Origin: Williopsis jadinii
Taxonomy: Eukaryota
Assembly (NCBI GenBank): GCA_024346625.1
Contig: AP024666.1
Span: 434,001 to 498,000, forward strand
Direction: 5' to 3'
Length of the DNA stretch: 64,000 bases
Of the stretch, positions 10,725-21,061 are shown piece by piece. The position numbers and the translations under genes were made by a program. Under the pieces are notes generated by a model. It had not been told where the DNA came from and did no database searches. It saw nothing but the letters and a program-made list of their open reading frames with translations. How positions within the stretch are numbered: position 1 is the first letter of the stretch; every line of letters begins with the position of its first letter.

Positions 10725-11007
10725 TGTGCTGTTCTTTTTTTAGCCAAAGGGCGCGCGCGCGTGTGCGTGTTTGTGTTCTAAGCCGATGAAGCGCAAAAAA
10801 GAAGCCCAGTACGGAGAATTCGCGGGTCAAAAAGCCTGGCAAAAACAGGCTGAGGCTGTCTCTATTTTTTTCCGTTTTCTTCTCAGGTTTTGCTAAGATT
10901 CGGTGTGTTGTGTGTTGTGTGTTCTTTATACCCTTTGCCAGTTGTTATTATAGAGGAATCGATTTGAACGTACTTCACACGGTGTAAACATACACGTTAT
11001 TACAACG

Positions 11008-11814
11008 ATGATCTGCGATACGAACTGGTTGCTTTTCACAGCACTTTCACTCTTTACATTAAAAGTTGACGCACAGGAATCTTCATCCTCTACTGGGGCC
11101 TCCTCTTCTTCCTCATCTTCATCTAACGCCTCCTCGGAGTCATCAAGTGCCGGCAGCACCAGTGAACTGGTTGGTACGTGGTCTTCCAAATCCAACACAG
11201 TATTCACGGGGCCTGGATTTTATGATCCAATAGACGAGTTGCTGATCGAGCCTGCGCTTCCCGGGATCTCGTATTCCTTCACAGAGGATGGATATTGGGA
11301 GGAAGCGGTATACCAAATCACCTCAAACGCTCAAAACCATTCGTGTCCAGCGGCGGCGCTAACGTTCCAGCACGGGACGTATGAGATACTGTCGAACGGA
11401 TCCTTGCTGCTAACGCCTTTCGAGGTTGATGGCCGTCAACTCCTGTCGGAACCTTGCGAAGACTACGGCATCTCGACGTACTCAAGATATGTCCAAACAG
11501 AACTCTACGCCCAGTTTAGCGTATACGTTGATCCATACCATGGACGCTACAGATTAAACCTCTTTGAATGGGACGGGACCCCAGTACAGCCTCTCTACCT
11601 GGCCTACAGACCGCCAATGATGCTTCCTACAGAGACGTTGAACCCGACAGACACCGCAGCGGAGACACATTCTTTGAGAAAGCGTATTAGACGCTCACTG
11701 GCTAACAAGGGTAGAACAAGGGCTGTGAAGGTATCGCCCATCAACGTGGATCTCTGGTGGTGGACGTCGGTCGGTGTCATCGCAGTTGGTGGTGTCAGCT
11801 ACTTCTTCTTGTGA
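11008..11814 (+). CDS. ROT1: ER chaperone Rot1
   Basis: Signal peptide; LVGTWSSKSNTVFTGPGFYDP...LYLAYRPPMMLPTETLNP; C-terminal transmembrane segment. Confidence 0.96.
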   Translation: MICDTNWLLFTALSLFTLKVDAQESSSSTGASSSSSSSSNASSESSSAGSTSELVGTWSSKSNTVFTGPGFYDPIDELLIEPALPGISYSFTEDGYWEEAVYQITSNAQNHSCPAAALTFQHGTYEILSNGSLLLTPFEVDGRQLLSEPCEDYGISTYSRYVQTELYAQFSVYVDPYHGRYRLNLFEWDGTPVQPLYLAYRPPMMLPTETLNPTDTAAETHSLRKRIRRSLANKGRTRAVKVSPINVDLWWWTSVGVIAVGGVSYFFL

Positions 11815-12059
11815 TTCGACCACAGACCTTTGCTACTATGAAGCAGAGAACGAATATATAAGTCAAAGTGCCTCGTGAAATGTGTTTTCTATTGGTAGCT
11901 ATGTAGCGTACACTTCACTGCTGCGCGAACCGTGTATTTCACGTAGGGGACGACCACCTTCCACCATTGGCAACTTCAACAACAGGCCTTTTTCGTCGCT
12001 CTCTCCATTTGTTTCATTCTATTGCTGACGTGTTGAAAAGGATACCGCCCAGCTTCGAA

Positions 12060-12359
12060 ATGGTTGGTATGAAAGGGCTTCCACAGCCGTATAACTTGAA
12101 TCCGAAGAAAACATCATGGCTTACGACACCACAGAAGAGACTACTGTTTTATGCACTTGCGCTCTTCTCCATTGGCTTCATCATATACTCATCGATACCG
12201 CCAAGGGACCAACCAACGGAAATTATCATCGACACTGAGAAGATCAGCGGCGGTAAGCTGAAACGAGTTGGTGATGCCCTCGACAACGTTGGCGATGACA
12301 CCGGTGCTGTCGTTTCCAGGGCTGTACAGAAGGACAGTAACAACCCGCCATTGTTGTGA
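12060..12359 (+). CDS. Small single-pass membrane protein, 99 aa (positionally YKL063C-like)
   Basis: ATG at 12060; one transmembrane segment (RLLFYALALFSIGFIIY). It lies near MNR2, as YKL063C does to YKL064W (inference). Confidence 0.6.
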   Translation: MVGMKGLPQPYNLNPKKTSWLTTPQKRLLFYALALFSIGFIIYSSIPPRDQPTEIIIDTEKISGGKLKRVGDALDNVGDDTGAVVSRAVQKDSNNPPLL

Positions 12360-12481
12360 CAAAGACAATAGAAACACAGGTCTCTAAAGATGATCTTTAT
12401 ATATTAAGTACTTGACATAAAACATTACATATCAATTAATTAATGCAGTCCATGTTAGAACATTTCTCTCGAGGTGATCGC

Positions 12482-13212
12482 TCATACCTTCAATCCATGG
12501 GCATGCGCGTCTTGACGCTCTTGCCAGACGGTCTTACCAGAACAGCTACAGACTTGTTTATCGTTTTCCCATACTCCAGCACTTCTGGCAATGACACCGG
12601 CGAGGGCATCCTTCAACTCCTGCTTCTCTTCAACAACTACAAACGACCGCCCGATGAGATCCGCAACGTTCATAGGTGCGCTTTGGAAACTCTGTCCGCT
12701 GCCTGTTTTATCCACCTTCACGTCTTCAAACTTGAAAAGAGAGTCTCCAGTGGTCAGTGCTCCCTTCGAAATGTTTCCTGAAGCTCTGAAAGATGGTTTA
12801 TACGTACCAGTTGGCAGCCCGCTAAGGGTAATATCAACCAGTAGTTTGTTATCCCCGATGGATACCATTCTTGCGAGGCCCTTAACGGGTTCAGTTTCAC
12901 CTCTAAAGGTTTCCAAGATAGCGACTGCCGCGGAGTTCGGCTTACCAGTTCCTCTGATGATAGCTTCACGTCCGGTGTCTTGGATTGCCTGGATGATGGT
13001 TGACGGTGCTGCAATACCGGTAACGCTCACGAGTTTCTTGTTGAGATCAATGTCAAACCTCTCCAACCCTGGAACTTCCCCCAGGGCTTTTTTGACACTA
13101 TCAACGCACGACTCGCACGTCATATCAACATTATAAACGGTCTGTGGAACACAGTCAGTATACAGCTACCATTGGCGATGCATACAAACACAACACTCAC
13201 TTCAAACGACAT
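12482..13212 (-). CDS. CCS1: Copper chaperone for Sod1; exons 13201-13212 and 12482-13141
   Basis: Spliced N-terminus MSFE|TVYNVDMTCESC. The 59-nt intron at 13142-13200 has GTGAGT, TACTGAC and CAG. MxCxxC motif and C-terminal GVIARSAGVWENDKQVCSC. Confidence 0.95.
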
Positions 13213-13454
13213 TGGCAAATAACAGTAAACTAACAGTTACCTATCTGACACGAGTTGGAGTGGTTCTAAGTGGGTCGGTTTTTACAAATTGATATGTCAG
13301 CGACGCACACAACTGCGCACGCGACGGCGAGCCACGGTTTAGCCCACAAGGGCCATCGCGTGATACGATTTACGTCGGCATTCCCTAAGTTACGCTGAGT
13401 AGTGGTTAACGTGTATTGGCCTAAGTAATGAAGAGCGGTGTGTATATGTTGCAA

Positions 13455-15893
13455 TCAATCGAATCCAGAGATCCTCTTCATATAGAAATAGGCACAGAGT
13501 GCAAATAAGAACATACCAGACGTTATGCACCAGAACCAAATCAGAGAGTCCTCAATTCCCTGCCCTGGAACTAAAACGTTCATTCCCCATAGACCAGTCA
13601 CAATGTTCATAGGTAGCACGACGGTACCCAAGAGCGAAATCTTTCCAAGAACGTCGTTCATATCGTTGTTTACCCTGGTCATGTCGATATTGATCTGTGC
13701 GAGATAATTCGAATGGGATCTGGCCAACAATTTTTCGTAATGGTTCAGACTTTGAACCATAGTGACAATATGGTCTTGAATGTCCCCCAGGTACATACCA
13801 ATTTCAGACCTAGGAGCAACTTCCCATTGTTCATTACATCTCTTAGCAAAGCCTTTTATAACGTCAACCTTTGAAACTAAGAGACGTAGTAAGGCCATCA
13901 CCCTGGCACGTGTTTCACCAATACGTTTCAACAAGTCACCTTTCTTCTTCCATTCGATCACGTTTGAGTTCGTAGATCTTGTAGACTTCGTTGACGCAGA
14001 GCGTACTGATGACAGCGACTTGGCGTCGATGGTGGATTGTTTCCGCATCATACTTAGAGGCTTGTAATCGAAATCATCGTCACTATCATCGCTGTCCTCG
14101 TCACTAGAATCCGAGTCGTTATGCATCCTTAAAATTGAATCCTCTATGTCGTTGACTTCATCTTCAATACTTTCAATCATTGGACCAAACGCATCTGTAA
14201 TGTCATCGATTAATGCATATGCAATCCAATCCGCACTCACAGTGAGATACTCACGTAATAGCCTGGCCCTACGACGAACATTCACAGGGTGAGGAGTTGG
14301 TGCGAAATGGAACGTTAAAACCGCATGACGGAACACAACAATGTACACGTTTAAAGGTTCCAACTCGTTGTTCTTAGGTTTGTGCTTTTCACCTGACTTC
14401 TTTTGATACCGTTCTTTCTCCAACTGTTTTCTGCGGCGTCTCATGGAAGAAGATTCAGACTTCATCGACTGCTCGGACCTTGACAGGGATTGACGTCTGC
14501 TGAATAACTTCTGCCATACTGTTGCAGGTTTGATCGACTCAGATTTGGTAGATTCTGCATTGGATTTTTTCATCTTTATTCTCTCCTGAACAATGTCAAA
14601 TGAACGGAAACAGACAAAATAGTAATCCTTAAACAGCTCAACCTTTTCTCTTGTCTCTCCTAAAAAGATATCCTCAGTAGTTAAAGGATGCACTTGGAAC
14701 GCCTTTGACAAGACTTTCATCTCTTCTTCAGTTGGATTCAGCACGTCCAACCAGAAAGGAGATATGTGATCCTCAGACTCGTCCAAATCGTTCAAAGATG
14801 GTGACGGCTCCTTTGAAGCCAGCTCCTTCAAGGACTCTTTCTCCTTGTACGAGTTTGGGGTGGTTGAAGGCTTACTCTGCTTCTCCTTCGAATACTCAGA
14901 GTATTGGAATAAATCCGCAAATTTCTGTCCAGGTTGTAACAGCCCAGAGATCGTTGGTGAGTGCACTGTGGAATCCAAATCTTCTCTAAAATAGGTGAAT
15001 CTGAAATGACCCGGGTTGCTGTTGACGATATGTGGTGGGTAATTGATAGTGTTAAGGAACTGGGTGTTTGACTTGTTCTTTGCAAAGGGGTTAATCTTTG
15101 GTGGACGCAGTCTACCAGTTAGGGTCTCTGCCTCGTTGATCCTCTTATTCCCCAGTAAAGGAGCATCCACCTTTGTCACTATAGGGTAGGAGAATCCAAC
15201 TTGACCAGATGATGCATCGGCGCTATCGACATCTGAGGATGCCAGGTCATACTTCATGTTAGCCTGTGATGCCTCTTGAGCAGCCTCCTCTTGAAGCCTC
15301 TCTGTTTCCTCCTTTAGAAACTCATCCAGCACTTCAAGGTCGGGCCAGTTCTTTTGAACTTCGTCATCATCCATAGCATCCAAGGGGAAACACACGTCAT
15401 CTAAGGAGCTCGATTCACTGTTTCTTCTTGTTCCTGGCTTTGAATCAAACACTTCTTCATCCTTGAAAATATCATTGTCATCAGTGCTTGAGCTGTTTTG
15501 CCTTTGACGTGATCCCAATCTCTCCATATCAACAAGACACTCCCTTGTAACATGTCCTTGCGACCCATGTGATGCATGTGACGCATGTGAACCCTTTGAT
15601 CCATACTGTGGTCTATGAGCGTTATGGGTCGAGCCTACACTCGATCTGTGGACCCAGCTTCGTGACAAGGGCACGTCTCCAGACACAGAGGATTTCCTGT
15701 GGATATCCCACTTTCTCAAATCTCTAAACGTATTGGCATCGTTACCTCCACCACTCAAGAGTGCATTGCTCTGTCCAAAGGTTGAAGACGACGACTGTTG
15801 CCCTATACTTATGTTATCGTCCTCAACTGGAATGTATCGGGAGAATGTTGATCTTCTTCTCCCCATCAGAGGTTTACGTTCGTTAGGATCCAT
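13455..15893 (-). CDS. MNR2: CorA-family Mg2+ transporter (Mnr2 type)
   Basis: HPLTTEDI motif, GLWGMNV and two C-terminal transmembrane segments; likely start MDPNERKPL at 15893; syntenic with CCS1/SUB1/YET. Confidence 0.9.
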   Translation of the reverse strand: MDPNERKPLMGRRRSTFSRYIPVEDDNISIGQQSSSSTFGQSNALLSGGGNDANTFRDLRKWDIHRKSSVSGDVPLSRSWVHRSSVGSTHNAHRPQYGSKGSHASHASHGSQGHVTRECLVDMERLGSRQRQNSSSTDDNDIFKDEEVFDSKPGTRRNSESSSLDDVCFPLDAMDDDEVQKNWPDLEVLDEFLKEETERLQEEAAQEASQANMKYDLASSDVDSADASSGQVGFSYPIVTKVDAPLLGNKRINEAETLTGRLRPPKINPFAKNKSNTQFLNTINYPPHIVNSNPGHFRFTYFREDLDSTVHSPTISGLLQPGQKFADLFQYSEYSKEKQSKPSTTPNSYKEKESLKELASKEPSPSLNDLDESEDHISPFWLDVLNPTEEEMKVLSKAFQVHPLTTEDIFLGETREKVELFKDYYFVCFRSFDIVQERIKMKKSNAESTKSESIKPATVWQKLFSRRQSLSRSEQSMKSESSSMRRRRKQLEKERYQKKSGEKHKPKNNELEPLNVYIVVFRHAVLTFHFAPTPHPVNVRRRARLLREYLTVSADWIAYALIDDITDAFGPMIESIEDEVNDIEDSILRMHNDSDSSDEDSDDSDDDFDYKPLSMMRKQSTIDAKSLSSVRSASTKSTRSTNSNVIEWKKKGDLLKRIGETRARVMALLRLLVSKVDVIKGFAKRCNEQWEVAPRSEIGMYLGDIQDHIVTMVQSLNHYEKLLARSHSNYLAQINIDMTRVNNDMNDVLGKISLLGTVVLPMNIVTGLWGMNVLVPGQGIEDSLIWFWCITSGMFLFALCAYFYMKRISGFD

Positions 15894-16418
15894 GCTGTTG
15901 TCTTTGATACTAACGTGCAAGCGTTTGTAGTTGATGTCTTTCCTTGTCCCTTTTTTGTTTAAAGTTTTGTCTGATAGAGCTCTTTTTTTCGCTGCTTCCC
16001 GTGCGTCTTTTTCTTGCTGTGCGATAATGTCGAGCTTTCTAAGAAGGGGACTAGGGAACCAGGCCAAAAACATGATCACCTCGTTGACAACTGCTGAAAC
16101 GGTGTCATTCGTTTGATGTATACGCTGCTAATTTAAGTTTACACTGTACAGTGTCTCAAGAGACTTTTTGTCTTGGTACGCTTTCCATTCCAGGACAAGG
16201 ACTCAAAAGCCCTTACCGGCTCAGGCTACAGACTCACAGGACCCAGAGGGGGCTTCTTGAGACTCACAGGATTTACAGGACACACGGCCCAGCATGTACA
16301 GCTCGGAGAAGCAGCGGGATTGAGTATACGCGACGTCTGTGGAAGGGAGATCACATCACTATGGAGAACATGAATTGAAACAGCAAGTATTAACTCGTTG
16401 AGAACACAGATCAACAGG

Positions 16419-16868
16419 CTATGATTTCTGCTTCTTCCCAGATAGGTCCTGTACGACTTCGGCAATCTCAGCTGATAGGCCAATCAAGTTTTCCCATTGG
16501 TCAACGCTTAACGATATCCCCTTCTTACCTGGCTTGAACTCTCCATCGGATTCGTAGTATTCACGGATATCAACCAATACTGTGTTCTTGAACTTTCTCA
16601 GCGTTACACGACGCTTCGACGATAACTGTGGATCATTGAGATGCGGTTAGTGACAATGCGCTCTTTCTCTCTGGCTTTCTCTATCTTCCGGGCCTTCCAA
16701 TGTAGATGCCTATAGAAATCTATCAATACTCACCTCAAAATACCGATCTCCATCGGTGTTTGTTAGCGCTCCATTTTGCTCTCCTGCTTTGGGAACTTTC
16801 TCCTCAGCCTGTTCTCTTTTTACCACGGGTGGTTCATCTTCTGCTCTCTGTCTCTTTACACCGGACAT
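16419..16868 (-). CDS. SUB1: PC4-family transcriptional coactivator, 113 aa; exons 16734-16868 and 16419-16625 (not in the ORF track)
   Basis: Spliced product ...DGDRYFE|LSSKRRVTLRKFKNTVLVDIREYYESDGEFKPGKKGISLSVDQW. Intron 16626-16733 has GTGAGT, CACTAAC and CAG. Confidence 0.93.
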
Positions 16869-17026
16869 CACGAATGGTTATGTATCACTTTTGCCTCTCA
16901 AAGTCGCCCTCCTATGTATTGGAGAAGAGAGTGTGTGAAAAGGGAGAAAAGCATCGAAAAGTCGGAAATAAACTCTAAAACTCTCTTCACCACACACTTG
17001 AAAGAGCGTGACTAGCAGCAAATACA

Positions 17027-18007
17027 ATGGCTCCAATAACTACACCACATAGAAAAGTTACAGGACAGTTGGACGATCTACCTCCTCTGCTCATTGGTGG
17101 CGCCGTCTTCAACCAACAGTTCAACGATAACCCGGAACAGCTGCCAGTGGAGCAAATCCTCAGAATTGCCTTTGACAACGGGCTTAACGCTATAGATACA
17201 TCACCGTACTATGGGCCTTCTGAGATATTGCTCGGTGATTGCCTCAAGAAACTACACGATGAGTATCCCAGGGATGAATACTACATTGTCACCAAGTGTG
17301 GAAGAATCCAGCTTGATGAATTTGACTATTCGCCTGCATGGATCAGGAAGTCTATAGAGAGATCCTTGGAGAGACTGGGCACCACGTATCTGGACCTCGT
17401 GTACCTCCATGACATTGAATTCGTCGATGAGGCCGGAATCCTCGAGGCGTTGAAAGAGCTAAAGAGGCTTAAACAAGAAGGGTTGATCCATCACTTTGGA
17501 ATCAGTGGATACCCAGTGGATTTTCTTTATGAGATTGCATTGAAATGCTCAACCATTGAAGAGATTGGTCCATTGGACGCTGTTCTCAGTTATTCCAATT
17601 TCAACTTACAGAATGAGAGATTACGTCCCTACATTGACAAGTTTCTAAACGAGTGTAAAGTACAAAAGGTGTTGTGCGCTTCGATCCTGTCGATGTCACT
17701 CTTGAGATCTGCACCTACACATGCTTTCCATCCAGCTTCACAAGAACTGAAGGACAAATGCCAACAAGTGGCTGAGTTGACATCTTCAAGAGGTGTTGAG
17801 CTAGCTGATTTGGCAACGAGATATGCCATTAGAGAATTCCCCGGCCCAGTGGTTCTAGGTGTTTCTACTGTGGAGGAGCTACAAGATGCAATAGTTTCCT
17901 ATTGGAACGTTATCAATAGTTCTGTTAATGACGACCAACTAGTCAAAGAGGTCAAAGGTGCCTTTGGATCTCATTTAAACGAAGTTTGGCCAAGTGGCAA
18001 GCATTAA
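17027..18007 (+). CDS. ARA2: NAD-dependent D-arabinose dehydrogenase (aldo-keto reductase)
   Basis: Motifs IDTSPYYGPSE, TKCGRI and YLDLVYLHDIEF; adjacent to SUB1 and YET, as in YMR039C-YMR041C. Confidence 0.92.
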   Translation: MAPITTPHRKVTGQLDDLPPLLIGGAVFNQQFNDNPEQLPVEQILRIAFDNGLNAIDTSPYYGPSEILLGDCLKKLHDEYPRDEYYIVTKCGRIQLDEFDYSPAWIRKSIERSLERLGTTYLDLVYLHDIEFVDEAGILEALKELKRLKQEGLIHHFGISGYPVDFLYEIALKCSTIEEIGPLDAVLSYSNFNLQNERLRPYIDKFLNECKVQKVLCASILSMSLLRSAPTHAFHPASQELKDKCQQVAELTSSRGVELADLATRYAIREFPGPVVLGVSTVEELQDAIVSYWNVINSSVNDDQLVKEVKGAFGSHLNEVWPSGKH

Positions 18008-18639
18008 TCTTTCTTTTTATCAGATAACACTCCCTCTTTCTCGTTTAACTGATCGGCAAGCTTATTATAGCTCGTTTCTAATCCACTTTTTTGTTTCTGT
18101 AGTGTTTTAAGGTCAATATCCTTTGAGGCCAGCTGTTTCGTTAGTTGCTCCACACGTTCCTCTACGGCCTTTGGGTCGTTAGCTTTTCTCTTCAACTCTT
18201 CGTACTTGATCAGACGTCTCACTATGCTGAAGACTGTTGGAATGGCCAACGTCAGGAATAGGATAGCACCAGAAATGTAAATGTTTCTTTGGCTGTAGAA
18301 ACGGCGTGCCAAAAGATCCGCTGAAGTTACCATTGAATGGTTCTGAGTGTACTCCCTATGCCACTTCCAAGAAGATCTCAAAGAATCACTGAACTGAAGA
18401 CCAATCAGCACTGTTGTCACCACCCCCACGGTCCGTAACTCCTTGGAATCGTATGCCCTTTGGTAGATCATGAATGCCTTCTTACGAAGAACAAGAGGCA
18501 AGGGGAATACCAAGATGGCCAAAGCGGTCATCTGAAGCACTAAGAGCGTGAAAAGCTTGATAAATAGGTCAGTAAAATGACTCACAGAACATCACTATAT
18601 TTGAACACATATACACACCAATGACATGAGAATACCCAT
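18004..18639 (-). CDS. BAP31-family ER membrane protein (Yet1/Yet2-like); exons 18619-18639 and 18004-18555
   Basis: RRFYSQRNIYISG motif, coiled coil and C-terminal KKKD. Predicted N-terminus MGILMSL|LFTLLVLQM via a 63-nt intron GTGTGT...TACTGAC...AAG (the donor is inferred). Confidence 0.85.
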
Positions 18640-19177
18640 TTTGAACTAATTGATAGAGCTGTGCTTTCGAAGTGAGGTTAGTTTATGGGAAAGAGTTAAT
18701 GACAGCTGTTATTGAAATTTCAAAAGCGCCTGCTACTTAAATTTCAACGCACCGCCTCTCGATAATTCCATCAAGATGAGATTTCCAACAGCCCCTTCGC
18801 TGCTAATACAACAGTGATTCATTTTCATTTCTAGAGGTTATCAATCTTCCAAGGGTTTTTTTACACAATCACAGTATTCAGTTCATGGTAGGTTCGGTGG
18901 TTAAAGCGTCGTACTAGTTAAGAACGTGTGTTTGGATTAAAGTCATTGCACGTCCCATATTAACAAAAAGTTCTGATATCATCAACAACTGGTTGACATA
19001 TATGATCAACGTGTGTCTCATAATCTACATTGTAAAAATTAAATTGTTTTGGATTGTATAGTAGATTGTATATAACAAAATCCAAACCCATCTGTTTTGT
19101 CATGACCAGAACACATCTGTATAAACTTTGAACACATAGAAGTGTTGTGTCGTGTATGGTGAGACAATATGAGGGTA

Positions 19178-21061
19178 TCAATTTAATCCTTTGTAAAGAT
19201 TAAGGGTTAACCAATAGCCAGTTAGGAAACTTAACGATCCTCCGATAAGCGCAAATATGGTGGATATTGTCAAATCTTGTATGAGGAAAAGATGCAAAGA
19301 AGCGTTGTTACCAAAGTTGTACTTTGTGAGGTGGAAAGAGTAGGCGAAGCAAAAGAGACCAATGCTTGAGCCGCTTAGGAAACTGAGCCATCCCCAACGC
19401 CAGTTACCAACACACAACGAATAGTAAATGTTCAAATTTGCAGTGACAACAATCATTGCGATGAGAATAAACAGAAACCAGCTCACCGTAGTATCGGAAT
19501 AAGTGTGATGGTACCACAACGTCAAGTAGAACCTTGACAGCGGCACAACCATGATGGAAAATGGTGCAATGCCAAATATCAGAACGTTTGGAATAGTACG
19601 GAAAGTGATTGGTAGGTGTGGGACTTGACGTTCAATCTCACTTACTTTACGTGTAGGGACAGTAAAGTACTTGTAACTGGCAAGGAAGGAACACACCGAA
19701 ATAGCAGCATAAGCCTCACACGATTTAAAAAACAACGACCATGTCACTCTGTATGGAGACCCAACAGTTTCATTGGTCCAGTTATACCAGTAGATCATTG
19801 GAGTCAACAGCAATGGGACGGCAAAGGAGTCCAAAGCAGCTGCAATCGTCAACTGGTTACCGCTCTCGAAATAGAGCTTGTTAAGATAAGAGTTCAGTGC
19901 AGATCCCAAAGGAGTGGTGATAAAGAACAGGACCACTGAAACCTTTGTAAAGTACCCGTCCAATCTATGGATCTGGATTCCACCTAGTAAGTAAAAGACA
20001 GATAGGGAGATAGCACATGTAGTGATTTGCGTGCCTACTGATACAAACAAACTCAACAGCGCAAAGTTCCCTGGGCGTCTCTGCACCTGAAGTGCAAGAG
20101 ATGGCCATGATAAGCCAAGATCATCACTATTGACATTGTCTTCTTCTATCTGCGTGATTGCCGTCTTTTTGTTCCGAATTGCACTTGCTCTTTCATAGGT
20201 GGTAGCCTTCCGGTACGTTGCGTATGAAAAACCCCCGACGATTATCACCAAGGACAAAAACAACATCAGCGTAACGTTTAAGATCAGCGGACGAACGATA
20301 TCGTTTCTGTAGATATCCCATTTGTTGCCAATGTACTTGTTGGTCTCTTTCCAGAAGAATTCATAACTGTACTTTGTACCACTGAACATTTGTTCATGTC
20401 TGCTAAAGTATACAGGTTGTTCCAAATGGCAACGGATCTCATTCTTTGGTGGTCTGTTCAAAGATTGCTCAGTGACCGTTACGTGGAGAATTTCATAACC
20501 AGTCTTGAAGTTCTTGTAATACACGATGAACTGGAAGTGGTTGAACAAATGTGGCACGTTGTAGAAGTCCAAGTAACCCAGAGGGATTCCCGGCTTGACA
20601 AAGAACTTGTTTGTCTCAACATCGTAGGCATCTTTACCGACAGGGATGTCATCCAGGAAGAAGTTCAATCTGTAGTCCTGTTCTATGAGATCGTGAATTA
20701 GAGAAATGTTTTCCAAGCTGTACACCTTGTCGCACTCATGTTGACATCTAATGTTCTCCATAAACGTCGCTTTGATTGGAGCTTCCACCAAGTTGTTTTG
20801 AAAGAGTGCATCCTCTTGTAGGACATGTGATTCGTTGCTCAAGCGACCCGGCTGCCCAACTGGTGGACATGATCCTAGAGTTGGGTAGTAGAAATCAACA
20901 GTGTTGAGGTATAATGCCTCGTCGAAAGAACCACCACCTGGAGTCAGCGGTTTAACGCCAACTGAAATCGGGTCCCCTTTCTTGTATATCTTTGAAGCGC
21001 CGGTTCCGGCTAGAACCACGACAGTGGTGAGTATGCTTACAAAGAAGTTTTTCAGCAACAT
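19178..21061 (-). CDS. Divergent nonaspanin (TM9SF/EMP70 family)
   Basis: Signal peptide; YKKGDPISVGVKPLTP, DYRLNFFLDDIP and HLFNHFQFIVYY; about nine transmembrane segments; IERQVP and NWRWGWLSFLSG. Confidence 0.85.
   Translation of the reverse strand: MLLKNFFVSILTTVVVLAGTGASKIYKKGDPISVGVKPLTPGGGSFDEALYLNTVDFYYPTLGSCPPVGQPGRLSNESHVLQEDALFQNNLVEAPIKATFMENIRCQHECDKVYSLENISLIHDLIEQDYRLNFFLDDIPVGKDAYDVETNKFFVKPGIPLGYLDFYNVPHLFNHFQFIVYYKNFKTGYEILHVTVTEQSLNRPPKNEIRCHLEQPVYFSRHEQMFSGTKYSYEFFWKETNKYIGNKWDIYRNDIVRPLILNVTLMLFLSLVIIVGGFSYATYRKATTYERASAIRNKKTAITQIEEDNVNSDDLGLSWPSLALQVQRRPGNFALLSLFVSVGTQITTCAISLSVFYLLGGIQIHRLDGYFTKVSVVLFFITTPLGSALNSYLNKLYFESGNQLTIAAALDSFAVPLLLTPMIYWYNWTNETVGSPYRVTWSLFFKSCEAYAAISVCSFLASYKYFTVPTRKVSEIERQVPHLPITFRTIPNVLIFGIAPFSIMVVPLSRFYLTLWYHHTYSDTTVSWFLFILIAMIVVTANLNIYYSLCVGNWRWGWLSFLSGSSIGLFCFAYSFHLTKYNFGNNASLHLFLIQDLTISTIFALIGGSLSFLTGYWLTLNLYKGLN

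Noticed and set aside
10749..10781. GC-rich run followed by CTAA as a possible Helitron 3' end
   Set aside because: Not a clean hairpin and not followed by T; more likely part of the ROT1 promoter.
15894..16079. N-terminal extensions in the ORF track (MNR2; likewise CWC22, CAB4, URC4, YCR090C-like, SCW4, adhesin)
   Set aside because: They come mostly from non-ATG or far-upstream starts that run through promoter-like sequence; the downstream ATG gives the family-typical N-terminus.
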